DNA from: Candidatus Cloacimonadales bacterium
GTDB lineage: Bacteria; Cloacimonadota; Cloacimonadia; Cloacimonadales; JAFGVF01
Reading direction: 5' to 3'
Assembly (NCBI GenBank): GCA_963667035.1
Contig: OY762964.1
Span: 259,245 to 323,244 of the forward strand
DNA: 64,000 nucleotides
Shown: piece after piece, positions 18,804-28,350 of the stretch
Numbering within the stretch: the first letter of the stretch is position 1
Layout of the letters: each line of letters begins with the position of its first letter
Notes under the pieces: model-generated
Seen by the model: only the letters and a program-made list of their open reading frames with translations
What the model was told of the DNA's origin: nothing
Database searches by the model: none
Translations under genes and position numbers: made by a program

Positions 18804-19616
18804 TTAAAGTAGTCTTTCGACCATCTCCGTGAAACCGTTCTTATTGTTTGAAGCAACGACTTCGTATTTCTTCTTCATATCGGCAGGAGCATTATTGACA
18901 ACAAAGCTGTTATCGGTGATTTCCAACATATCAATGTCATTGTAATCATTCCCTAATACTGCTATTTCGGTTCTGTTTATTTCAAGCCTGTCAGCAAGAA
19001 GAAGAGAAGTGTGACCTTTGGAAACATTCAGAGGGAATATCTCAATCCAAGTGGATTTTTTATCAATAGGAGAGGTTGTCCTGATTATGGTTAGTTCCGG
19101 CATAAGCACTCTAAGCTTTTCAATAACGTTCTTGCCATCTTCCGGAACAATACCCAACACTTGAGTTGCAGGTTTATAGCAATGGCTTTCCTTTATCAAT
19201 TCTGTGCCGTAATTCTCATATAGTTTGATTCTTCTTTTGAAATCAGGATTCATGCACCCGTGACTATAATAATAGAACTTATGGTTTTCCGGGATTGGTT
19301 CATGTACCATGAAGTCTATCTCATGTTCCATTAAGATTTCAGAGCACATTTGTACTTCTTCCTGAGTTAACTCGGCAGTCTCAAGCATAGTTTGTGTTTT
19401 CCAGTTCATTAAACCACCACCGGAAGAAAAAATAAGGAAATCAATAGGAAAATCGGGAGGAATAACTTCTTTGAAACTGAATAAAGATCGCCCTGTTGCG
19501 ATAACCCTAAATATCTTTTTCTGCCCTACCTTCTCAAGTGTGTAATAATCAATCTCACTCACTTTACCTCTATTAGATAAAAGTGTCCCGTCCAAATCCG
19601 TAATAACTAATCTCAT
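18804..19616 (-). CDS. Cof-type HAD-IIB family hydrolase
   Basis: MRLVITDLDGTLL motif I, ATGR motif II, GNDYNDIDML motif IV. Confidence 0.8.
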   Translation of the reverse strand: MRLVITDLDGTLLSNRGKVSEIDYYTLEKVGQKKIFRVIATGRSLFSFKEVIPPDFPIDFLIFSSGGGLMNWKTQTMLETAELTQEEVQMCSEILMEHEIDFMVHEPIPENHKFYYYSHGCMNPDFKRRIKLYENYGTELIKESHCYKPATQVLGIVPEDGKNVIEKLRVLMPELTIIRTTSPIDKKSTWIEIFPLNVSKGHTSLLLADRLEINRTEIAVLGNDYNDIDMLEITDNSFVVNNAPADMKKKYEVVASNNKNGFTEMVERLL

Positions 19617-19619
19617 AAT

Positions 19620-20489
19620 TTACTCCATCAATTGATAAGTACTTAAACTTAAAGGTGATCTAAGACTTCCAAGAGTTTTCTCTATGAAAACACCCTCTTG
19701 TACTGATTTCTGATAACCAAAAGTAGATCTAATGGATAAAGAAACAAACTGAACTGCTCTCTCCAAAGCAATAGGCAAACTGTCACCTTGCATCAAAGAA
19801 CCGTTCAAGACACTAGTAAAAACGTCTCCGGTTCCGGGATACTCGGCAGGAAGATATGTACAATCGACCTTCCAGAATCTATCCATATCTTTATTATAAC
19901 CCACAACAGAGGTAATGGCACCATCTTTTTGAGGGATGCTTGTAATAACTGAATAGCTGGGTCCGAGTTTAGACAATTCAAAACACCAGTCTTTAATCAT
20001 CTCATTGCTCATTTCAGAAGGAATCTGTCTGTCTAAAAGAAAAGCAGCTTCAGTGATATTCGGTGTTATTAAATCAGCTATTTGGACTAATTCTTTCATC
20101 TTTACTATTATATTCTCGTCGAAGCACGAATAAAGTTCTCCATTATCAGCCATAACGGGATCAATCGTAATTAATTGATTATCCTTCTTGAAGTCATGAA
20201 TAAATGATTTCACTATATTGATTTGTTTGGGGGAGCCTAAGAACCCACTGTAGATATTATCAAAAGTAAATTCCAACTTCTTCCAGTGAGCAATAAACTC
20301 GTGCATCTGAGGGGTGAGATCAAGAAAACTGAAACCACTTAATCCGGTGTGAGTAGATAATATGGCTGTAGGTATTGAACTAACTTGTATTCCCATCGTT
20401 GTAAGAATAGGAATAACAACGCCTAATGAGACTCTTCCGAAGCCTGATAAATCATGAAATGCTGCACAGTGTTTAACCGGATTTAACAT
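19620..20489 (-). CDS. pdxK: pyridoxal/pyridoxamine kinase (PdxK/PdxY family)
   Basis: AAFHDLSGFGRVSLGVVIPILTTMGIQV N-terminus and GTGDVFTS near the C-terminus. Start set at the ATG at 20489 (AGGGAG RBS, TATAAT about 20 nt upstream) rather than the extended ORF. Confidence 0.75.
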   Translation of the reverse strand: MLNPVKHCAAFHDLSGFGRVSLGVVIPILTTMGIQVSSIPTAILSTHTGLSGFSFLDLTPQMHEFIAHWKKLEFTFDNIYSGFLGSPKQINIVKSFIHDFKKDNQLITIDPVMADNGELYSCFDENIIVKMKELVQIADLITPNITEAAFLLDRQIPSEMSNEMIKDWCFELSKLGPSYSVITSIPQKDGAITSVVGYNKDMDRFWKVDCTYLPAEYPGTGDVFTSVLNGSLMQGDSLPIALERAVQFVSLSIRSTFGYQKSVQEGVFIEKTLGSLRSPLSLSTYQLME

Positions 20490-20634
20490 ATCAACTCCCT
20501 GAATTATTATAGTAACTCCTATAAACCCTTCTACAAACATGGATAGGCGAAAAGAGATTTATGACAAGCTTTTTATCCATAGATTTATCTAAGAACTTGG
20601 GAGCTATTCTGTTGTCTATTTGAATAGCAAAATT

Positions 20635-23600
20635 CTATTGAAGGATTAATAAATCAATCTCTGCCGGAGCCATGAGCTTGATGAATTGATTATAGCTCCT
20701 AATAAATGAGTTTTGCCAATTTATATCTTGGAATTGCTTAAAGCTTCTGATAGGAATGTGTAATCCTACTTTGATGTTCCTTGAAGTTTTTTTATAGTAG
20801 ATGTTCGAAAGCTTGTTTTGTATCTTTAATTTGATATAGTTACCTAACAAGTCTCTAGAGAATGGATAATCAAGGTTGAGGGTGAATTCAATCTTTATAC
20901 TATTATTGATTAATCCTATTTCAAGCAGTTGCTTTCTAGAGGGTTTAAGTCTTTCCGTGTTCAAGTAAAGTTTCGCTATTGTGGGATTATCAAGATATTG
21001 AAGTTTTAGAGCTTCATTAGATTTTGACTGTACGAAACGCTTAAAGCTATGGAACTCCTCAAAACCAACAGGTAGTTTCCTTTGATAATTGTTTAATACG
21101 TTTTCTATGATAGGGATATAGTCTTCATTAAGCACCATAGTGCGGTCGGAATAGCTATATTCTAACGGTGATTCTATCAGGTAGCTGGTGAAGTATCTGT
21201 TGCTGACGCTTATAAACTTCTGAGGAGTACGAAAAATCCCATGCTCTTCAAGAACAGAATTGATATTATTGAATGTCATCTCGTCTTCCTTTCTATGCAT
21301 TAAAAGCATAGTTTGAAGGAATACATCAAAGCTGGAGATACGAGACTCTTCTAAAATCATTCGTAACAAGTTTCCGGTGAGCGGTTGGATGTTTAAACTA
21401 CTGACGTGTAAGTTATAGGAAATTATCTCAGGAAGAACCTCTCGCAATTTAGCTGAGTAGATAGCCTTGTAGTGATACGGAGCTGTTTTACCGAGTGAGA
21501 ATTTAATCCCTTTATTGTTTAGAACTTCTTCACTAACTCCTCTTAAATGAATTGTCAGACGTTTAGGAGAAACAGTTATCCTAATAGTTTTTTGAACAGC
21601 TTTGAATAATGGGAAAGCTTTGATTGTGTAGAAATCTATGTGCGTACGATTCTCATCGGTAACATAACGTAAGAACCAACCACGAAAGAAGATTCTTTCA
21701 CTTATTTCTTTGTATAACTTATCATAAGACATTACAAAATGTCTTAAACTATCTTTTTGGGCATCCGTAAATGTGGAAATATGATGTTTCAAACTCAAGC
21801 TCTTGATTTGTAACAAATCTAATACAAACTGTTGAAGAGTGACAATACTCTCTTCTACTTCATTCTTGTTAAAGGCTTTTCTTGCTTGAATCAGTATATA
21901 CTTCCCTTCATCTTTGTTACACTTGACGAATGGGAAGTCGGAGAATTTATCTTTATAACTATAGAAGCCATAATCATCAATTGCAAGTAGGTCCTTAGTC
22001 ATTTTACTGAATCCGGAAGTACTAACTAAAATACACAATTGCTTTTTATCATTCAAACAGAAATAAGCTTTCTTAAAAGGATAATTAAAATTATAGGGTA
22101 GGTCTCCATGGATTCTGTATATAGCAAGATTACCTTCAATAGAAATATCCGTGTTGGCAGAAAACAATCCCATAACTTTATCTGTAGCCTGTTTGCATAA
22201 GAAGAGAGGAATAACGGATTTAAGCATCCATCTGATGGAACGTCCTAATAATCCTTTGAACTTATCTGCATTGATATTGGGAGCGAAAGCATCTATCTTA
22301 GAATAATCAAAAGCATTGAGGTGATGTTTTAATGCTATTCTTTCAATGGGATATTCAGATTCATGGAAGTCACCTCTTAGATAGATGTTAACTTCATTTT
22401 TCCAATATTGAATTATAGCAAAAGGACAACTCAAGTCAGAAATGGCAAACATATCAAAGCCTTCACGATACGCCTTTTCTATTAGAGAAATTCCCATTCT
22501 GTCAGCAGTTTCAAGTATTAGACTCTTGATTACTTCAACTTTGACCTCTCTTTCCATTTCCTCGATATTGTGTCCCTTCAAAGCAGGAACATCTTTATAC
22601 TTTAACTTAATTAACTGAAGTTGTAAATTCTCTTCTTCGGCAAGAACAAGATCACTCCAAGCAGTTTGTAACAGTTGTCTGAACTCATAGATCGGGTTGT
22701 TGCGAACGAGAACCTTGTAACCACCATGGAATGTGCTATATACCTTGCCTTTGTAGTCATAATAGACTAATTCCCTAAATCTCATGTATTGAATACCTGC
22801 ACTCTTGAGAACAAGTTCGAAAGTTATTTCCTCATTACTTCTTGGATTGAGATTTCCATGCCAGGTTTCACTACCGTTCTTGAGTTCTACTCCTTCCGGT
22901 AAGAATACGGTAAAATCTACATCTTTAGCTACTCCTAAACCGGAATTTCTGAGACTGACAGTGAGATTTATTGTTTCACCTATTCTTGCTTCATCCTGTT
23001 TATGACCGGAGCTGTCTAGTCCGTAGTCTAAACTAACCGACATGTTAACAACAGGGATAATGCTAAATACGTCAGAGGGGTCAATTACTGTGCAGAATAG
23101 AGCTTCGGAATACTCAGTATTAGTCTTTATACCATCTTCATCCGGCATAGGTTTTACGTTATTGCCTCTAACGTCTGTATAGCAATAGCTTAACCTTAAA
23201 GGTGGAAACTCATATTGCCCGCTTCGCTTGGGACTTATCTCGACTCTTGTTTTCCAAGTTCCGTTAGGCTCTAAATCAATATCCTCAAAGGCGATTGTAT
23301 GATAGTCATCACTTGTGTTTTTTAAGATAAGTGTACGACCTTTATGAAAGTCAAAGTAAACAGGTAACTTAAGTTCGAAGTTCACATCTTCTGCGACTGT
23401 ATCTCCATTGTTCTTGATGCTAATATCCAGATAGGTTTTATCTTCTTTAGTAATGAAGTCATCTATCAGCTTATACTTTACATGAATTGACGGAGCTACT
23501 TCTTGTAGAAGAGAGTCATCTTCAATAAGTAATCTTAAGTTGAAGAAATCTCTGGATATTACATCAAATCCGGAGTCAAAGTCGTTTACTTCATCTCTAG

Positions 23601-24384
23601 CTATAGTAATAATCTCTCTATTATTCATGTATTGAATGATACCTTTCTTCCTGTTCACGGTTTTGTAATAAGTATAGCCGAAGCTCCTTAAATCGTTTCC
23701 GCTTTTCGGTAGATTGATAAACATTGGGTAGAGAGACAGAAATCTTCCTGTTTTAATTTCCATTAAGTAGGGTTTGAACAGTTCTAGGGCATTATTGGAA
23801 TGAGATATTGTGGCTATGGTTATTGAACCGTTAAGGTAAGTCTTTACCCTGTAACTAATCCCCCCGGTTGTTGATAGAGTCTCTATCGGAACTACAATCT
23901 TATATCTTCTAAGAAAGTCACAACGCTCCAGCATTGCAGTTATAATTTCTTGTCTTCTATTCAGTTCCTTATTCAGCTCCGATTCATCTAAGATAAGCCC
24001 GCTATGAGCATCTTGGTTTCTAGCTGAAATATAGGAACTGACAAAATTCTCCCAATCTGAATCCATATCATGATAAAGATTATAAATTTCAGGGACAAAG
24101 CTATTCTCTCCCAGTATCTCACTAATTGTTCTAGCAATCATATTCCATCTGCCAAGTGATATCTGAGAAAGGTCAATGCCCTTTGGAACAGGTAGTTTTT
24201 CAGAAGATGAGTTTAGACTCTTCTTGTGGAGTAATGAGTAATTACTAATAGAGATAATAGAGAGGAATCTCAGCAATGTTTCTACACATAGTCTTTGATA
24301 ATCTCTTCTTTGGATAGAATTTTCAAGGCTTTGTTTATATGGTAGATAAACAATTGCAGGATAATCAGAGAAGTCGTTATACAT
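20635..24384 (-). CDS. 1249-aa hypothetical protein: N-terminal HEPN-like four-helix region (R122-N-Q-D-A-H127), two CARDB-like Ig domains, large uncharacterised C-terminal half; no signal peptide
   Basis: Uninterrupted 3.75-kb ORF. ISARNQDAHSG is encoded at 24030-24001. DISIKNNGDTVAEDVNFELKLP and INLTVSLRNSGLGVAKDVDFTVFLPEGV resemble CARDB repeats. The ATG lies 1 nt after the stop of the upstream HTH gene, with no SD of its own. Confidence 0.8.
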   Translation of the reverse strand: MYNDFSDYPAIVYLPYKQSLENSIQRRDYQRLCVETLLRFLSIISISNYSLLHKKSLNSSSEKLPVPKGIDLSQISLGRWNMIARTISEILGENSFVPEIYNLYHDMDSDWENFVSSYISARNQDAHSGLILDESELNKELNRRQEIITAMLERCDFLRRYKIVVPIETLSTTGGISYRVKTYLNGSITIATISHSNNALELFKPYLMEIKTGRFLSLYPMFINLPKSGNDLRSFGYTYYKTVNRKKGIIQYMNNREIITIARDEVNDFDSGFDVISRDFFNLRLLIEDDSLLQEVAPSIHVKYKLIDDFITKEDKTYLDISIKNNGDTVAEDVNFELKLPVYFDFHKGRTLILKNTSDDYHTIAFEDIDLEPNGTWKTRVEISPKRSGQYEFPPLRLSYCYTDVRGNNVKPMPDEDGIKTNTEYSEALFCTVIDPSDVFSIIPVVNMSVSLDYGLDSSGHKQDEARIGETINLTVSLRNSGLGVAKDVDFTVFLPEGVELKNGSETWHGNLNPRSNEEITFELVLKSAGIQYMRFRELVYYDYKGKVYSTFHGGYKVLVRNNPIYEFRQLLQTAWSDLVLAEEENLQLQLIKLKYKDVPALKGHNIEEMEREVKVEVIKSLILETADRMGISLIEKAYREGFDMFAISDLSCPFAIIQYWKNEVNIYLRGDFHESEYPIERIALKHHLNAFDYSKIDAFAPNINADKFKGLLGRSIRWMLKSVIPLFLCKQATDKVMGLFSANTDISIEGNLAIYRIHGDLPYNFNYPFKKAYFCLNDKKQLCILVSTSGFSKMTKDLLAIDDYGFYSYKDKFSDFPFVKCNKDEGKYILIQARKAFNKNEVEESIVTLQQFVLDLLQIKSLSLKHHISTFTDAQKDSLRHFVMSYDKLYKEISERIFFRGWFLRYVTDENRTHIDFYTIKAFPLFKAVQKTIRITVSPKRLTIHLRGVSEEVLNNKGIKFSLGKTAPYHYKAIYSAKLREVLPEIISYNLHVSSLNIQPLTGNLLRMILEESRISSFDVFLQTMLLMHRKEDEMTFNNINSVLEEHGIFRTPQKFISVSNRYFTSYLIESPLEYSYSDRTMVLNEDYIPIIENVLNNYQRKLPVGFEEFHSFKRFVQSKSNEALKLQYLDNPTIAKLYLNTERLKPSRKQLLEIGLINNSIKIEFTLNLDYPFSRDLLGNYIKLKIQNKLSNIYYKKTSRNIKVGLHIPIRSFKQFQDINWQNSFIRSYNQFIKLMAPAEIDLLILQ

Positions 24385-24385
24385 T

Positions 24386-25012
24386 TTAATCTGTATTAAG
24401 TACTGAATTCTTATCTTTAAATATCAGTTCCGAAGCATAATCATTATCATCAGCAAGTGCATCACTTAAACTAACTTCTTTCTGAGGAGTCTCAGTTTCC
24501 TGACTTTCTTTAAGCTTCTTCATTAACTCTCTTTGAGTATCTTCCGGAGTTTCCTCGTTTTCAGTATCACTGTTAGCAGGGGGGGGGGCAGGCTTTTCAA
24601 TGTTAACAAATCTCTTCTTAAATGGAGAACCAAGACTTCCTTTTTGATATAGTCTAGCAAGTGAGAAGGCAATAATTATAACTAGTATACTTATTCCGAT
24701 TATGTATAGAAGATTAAAGGAGATAAGAATCTTGTTTTCTTTTATATTTTCTTGAGGTTTAAAATTATGATTATTTGAATGGGGATAAGTATTATCGAAA
24801 GTATAGAGAATCTCTTTCTCATTAGCTTTGAGAGCTTTTCCATAGTTGAAAACAACAGCTCTGGCTATACCGTAATCATGAAGAATCTGAAATCTATTGG
24901 ATTCAATGTCTTCAAGATAATCAGTTCTAATCCTTGTAATATTATTAACATCATCAATTGAGAGTCCGTTAGCTTCTCTAAGCTGCTTCAGAAATGTTCC
25001 GATTTTCTCCAT
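24386..25012 (-). CDS. Xre-type HTH membrane protein (RodZ-like architecture, lacks the RodZ C-terminal domain)
   Basis: N-terminal HTH (FLKQLREANGLSIDDVNNITRIRTDYLEDIE), one TM helix (ILISFNLLYIIGISILVIIIAFSL), then a short acidic/proline tail. Confidence 0.65.
   Translation of the reverse strand: MEKIGTFLKQLREANGLSIDDVNNITRIRTDYLEDIESNRFQILHDYGIARAVVFNYGKALKANEKEILYTFDNTYPHSNNHNFKPQENIKENKILISFNLLYIIGISILVIIIAFSLARLYQKGSLGSPFKKRFVNIEKPAPPPANSDTENEETPEDTQRELMKKLKESQETETPQKEVSLSDALADDNDYASELIFKDKNSVLNTD
24579..24588. repeat. G10 (C10 on the coding strand) homopolymer inside the HTH-membrane gene
   Basis: Read directly: gttagcaGGGGGGGGGGcaggc. It encodes the PPP of KPAPPPANS. I noticed no comparable G/C run elsewhere in the window. 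Confidence 0.95.
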
Positions 25013-25016
25013 TTAA

Positions 25017-25808
25017 TCAACCGACCTTTTTGTAATAATATATCCCTTCGAATACATAACAGACCCTTCCACAAAGATAATAATTGTCAATATCTTCTTT
25101 GTATTTAACGGTAACAGTACCACCCGGTAGTTCAACATAAACTTCATTATCAAGAAGACCTAACTTAATACCTATTGCGACTACGGCAGTTGCTCCGGTG
25201 CCACAAGCAAGGGTTGCTCCCGAGCCTCTTTCCCAAACTTTGACTGTTACTTGTGACGGTGTAATGATATTCACAAACTCTATGTTCTGACTTTTAGAAT
25301 AGATATTGGGTAAGTCCTCCATAGTTGGTGCTACAGTTTTGAAAGTCTCTTTATCAATTCCTTGGAAGACTACAAAATGAGGATTACCAACATTTACTGA
25401 GTATCCTTCAAAGCCATTAAGGGATATAGGTCTTTCCATGCATGTTGCCGTACCCATGTTGACTTCAACTTCATCATTGAGTATGATGTTGCCATGTCTC
25501 AGCCCTGCTTTTGTTTCAACAGTAATTGTTTTCAATTCATTCTGCTTGCATAAATAGTAGACTAAAGAGCGAAGAGCAGAGCCACACATTTCGGCTTCAC
25601 TTCCGTCAGAGTTGAATATCCTCATTTTTGTATCGGCAATCTCAGACTTTTCATAAGTAACTAATCCGTCACTGCCTATACCGAAGTTTTTCTTAGAAAT
25701 CTCTATGCTTAAATCATGCAATTCATTATCACTCAAGGAGAGTTCGGTTTGATTAATGTAAACATAATCATTACCTTGAGCATGCATCTTAAAGAAAGGT
25801 ATTTTCAT
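25017..25808 (-). CDS. dapF: diaminopimelate epimerase
   Basis: FFKMHAQGNDYVYI, catalytic Cys contexts EMCGSALR and LACGTGATA. Confidence 0.9.
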   Translation of the reverse strand: MKIPFFKMHAQGNDYVYINQTELSLSDNELHDLSIEISKKNFGIGSDGLVTYEKSEIADTKMRIFNSDGSEAEMCGSALRSLVYYLCKQNELKTITVETKAGLRHGNIILNDEVEVNMGTATCMERPISLNGFEGYSVNVGNPHFVVFQGIDKETFKTVAPTMEDLPNIYSKSQNIEFVNIITPSQVTVKVWERGSGATLACGTGATAVVAIGIKLGLLDNEVYVELPGGTVTVKYKEDIDNYYLCGRVCYVFEGIYYYKKVG

Positions 25809-26558
25809 CTACTCTCCAATAATCTCGGTAAACACTTCTTGGAAGTTGAACAATCCGGTTTTACCTTCTATCCATTTTGTGGCTAATAATGTCCCTGAAG
25901 CTAATCCCTTTCTATTTCTGATTGAATGACTAAGAGTTATTACGTCAGCCTCGGAATCAAACATTATTGTATGCTCTCCCATATTATGACCGGCTCTTAT
26001 ACTGGCAAAATGGAGTTCTTCTTCTTTAATCTTTCTGTCTACTCTGTCGTATTGTTCAACCTTTTTATCCGAGATGTTTTCTAGGATTATTTCTGTAAGT
26101 TTTTTTGCTGTTCCCGACGGGCTATCGAGTTTCTGTCTATGATGTATCTCAAGACCCGATACATCGTAGCCTTTGACACTAGAGAACTTCTTAGCTGTAT
26201 CCTCAATAATCTTAAAGAAGAGGTTCATACCAACGCTATAGTTGGAACTGTAGATAATCCCGACATTGTATGATTCGGTTATATTCTTTAGCTCTTCCAG
26301 ATGTAGCTCCAGACCTGTAGTACCAATAACAACAGATTTACCTAGCATTGCGACTTTCTTACAGTTGTATAGAACAGAAGCAGGGGTGGTATATTCAACA
26401 CAGATGTCACAATCTTTTAATGAGTTCTCGTTAATCTCTTCAAAACAACCTTTAACGAAAGGATCAATGATTGAAACAATTTCCATATCATATTCAGGAG
26501 CCATTTGTTTCAGCATCTTTCCCATCTTACCATATCCAATTAATGCAATCTTAATCAT
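25809..26558 (-). CDS. dapB: 4-hydroxy-tetrahydrodipicolinate reductase
   Basis: MIKIALIGYGKMG Rossmann start and EIHHRQKLDSPSGTA signature. Start set at the ATG at 26558. Confidence 0.9.
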   Translation of the reverse strand: MIKIALIGYGKMGKMLKQMAPEYDMEIVSIIDPFVKGCFEEINENSLKDCDICVEYTTPASVLYNCKKVAMLGKSVVIGTTGLELHLEELKNITESYNVGIIYSSNYSVGMNLFFKIIEDTAKKFSSVKGYDVSGLEIHHRQKLDSPSGTAKKLTEIILENISDKKVEQYDRVDRKIKEEELHFASIRAGHNMGEHTIMFDSEADVITLSHSIRNRKGLASGTLLATKWIEGKTGLFNFQEVFTEIIGE

Positions 26559-27678
26559 ATACACCTCTACTGTTAACATACAGATTTATGAATTCTTCAA
26601 TCCACACAGTTCCCATTTCCAAATCCCTTACTCTGATTTGCTCTTCACAAGTGTGAACTTTATCCATTCCTGTTCCTATAACGGCAACTTTGATTCCATC
26701 TTTATTTAAAACGTTTGCATCACTTCCGCCTCCGGCTTTAGTGAATACAGGCTCAACACCAATTTCTCTAAAAGCTTCTGCAGCTATTTGAAGATATGGT
26801 AACTCCGGATTGAGACTGAAAGAATGATACTCTCGTGAGGAATCAACTTTTAATCCGGAATCGGTACTGTTGTTCACTGCAGTTTGAGCATTAAGGAAGA
26901 GTTCTCTGGTATAACTTTCAAGCTTCTCTTCGGAATGAGATCTGACTTCACCAGTTACAATAACACTATCAGGAACAATATTATTGGCTTGTCCTCCATA
27001 GATGACACCAAGATTTGCTGTAGTCTCTTCGTCAATACGACCTAGCTTCATGTCTTTAACTGCCTCGGCAGTTACTTTAATAGCATTTACACCCTTTTCC
27101 GGTTCAAAGCCTGCATGAGCTTTTCTGCCTGTAAATTCAATCTGTATTGTATTCTGGGCAGGAGCAGCTATCACAATATCGCCTATTTTCATTGAATCCA
27201 ATGCAAATCCCTGCTTAGATTTCAGTACTGAGTTATCGAAATGCTTTGCACCTAACAAGCCAATCTCTTCACATGAAGTGAACAGCATTTCGATAGGTGG
27301 AAGAGGGACGTTATTTTCCTTGAGCTTTTTCAGAGCAAAGAGTAACTGAGCAATACCCGATTTGTCATCACTTCCAAGAATTGTGTTGCCTTTACTTCTG
27401 ATGATACCGTCTTCGATTATTGGCTCTATATCAATTCCGGGTTTAACAGTATCAAGATGACAGCAGAAAAGAATTGGTTCAAGTTCAATATCACCGGGGA
27501 AAGAGGCAAATATATTACCACTTCCGTCTTTTTCTCCAATACTGAAACCATCAATCTCTATCTTAGCTCCCAGTTCTAGTAACTCATCGGTTATAAAAGC
27601 AGCAAACTCCTTTTCATGTCCTGATTCACTATTTATTCTAACCATTTGGATGAAATAATCTACAATGTTATCTTTCAT
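26551..27678 (-). CDS. M20 family metallohydrolase (peptidase T-like / possible N-acyl-diaminopimelate deacylase)
   Basis: CHLDTV, GSDDKSG and EEIGLLG metal-ligand motifs of the M20 family. Overlaps dapB by 8 nt. Confidence 0.7.
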   Translation of the reverse strand: MKDNIVDYFIQMVRINSESGHEKEFAAFITDELLELGAKIEIDGFSIGEKDGSGNIFASFPGDIELEPILFCCHLDTVKPGIDIEPIIEDGIIRSKGNTILGSDDKSGIAQLLFALKKLKENNVPLPPIEMLFTSCEEIGLLGAKHFDNSVLKSKQGFALDSMKIGDIVIAAPAQNTIQIEFTGRKAHAGFEPEKGVNAIKVTAEAVKDMKLGRIDEETTANLGVIYGGQANNIVPDSVIVTGEVRSHSEEKLESYTRELFLNAQTAVNNSTDSGLKVDSSREYHSFSLNPELPYLQIAAEAFREIGVEPVFTKAGGGSDANVLNKDGIKVAVIGTGMDKVHTCEEQIRVRDLEMGTVWIEEFINLYVNSRGVYD

Positions 27679-28349
27679 ATCAATCTCGTTTTATATGGGA
27701 TAGGGTCTTCCACTCCTGCTTTTTTAAAAGCTCTTAATCTTAGAACACAGCTATCACAGGTCCCGCAGGCTTCATCTTCACTTCTGTAACAGCTCCAACT
27801 CAACTCAAAGGGAGCTCCTAAATCCTGACCGATTTTGATTATATCAGACTTGTTCTTATGTATTATCGGAGTTTTGATACTTATTGGGAACTCATTCTTT
27901 GTCCCTTGTCTGATAGTCTCGTTAAAGCTTTTATAGAAGCTCTCGCGGCAATCAGGATAGCCGGAGCTATCTTCTTCTACGGCTCCGATGTATATTGATT
28001 GAGCTCCGATAACTTCCGCCCAACTGACAGCAATACATATTAGATGAGCATTTCTAAAGGGAACATACGTATTGGGAATGCTTTCATCACCGTTAAAGTC
28101 ATGAATCTCCATGCTATCGTCCGTTAGGCTTGAACCACCTATTTTAGTTAGATAATCTATACCGGTGACTAAAGTGTCTGCCGGTTGGTAATGGTCAACT
28201 ATTCTACTAAAGCATTCAAGCTCTTTATGTTCTGTCTTTTGACCATAGTTTACGTGAAGAAGGTATATTTGGTTATTCTCTTGTTTGGCTATTGCCGTAG
28301 TTACGAGACTATCCAAACCACCACTTGTGAGTACTATTGCTTTTTTCAT
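27675..28349 (-). CDS. queC: 7-cyano-7-deazaguanine synthase
   Basis: MKKAIVLTSGGLDS PP-loop and the C-terminal CGTCDSCVLR zinc motif. Start set at the ATG at 28349, 1 nt after the upstream stop. Confidence 0.9.
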   Translation of the reverse strand: MKKAIVLTSGGLDSLVTTAIAKQENNQIYLLHVNYGQKTEHKELECFSRIVDHYQPADTLVTGIDYLTKIGGSSLTDDSMEIHDFNGDESIPNTYVPFRNAHLICIAVSWAEVIGAQSIYIGAVEEDSSGYPDCRESFYKSFNETIRQGTKNEFPISIKTPIIHKNKSDIIKIGQDLGAPFELSWSCYRSEDEACGTCDSCVLRLRAFKKAGVEDPIPYKTRLI

Positions 28350-28350
28350 T

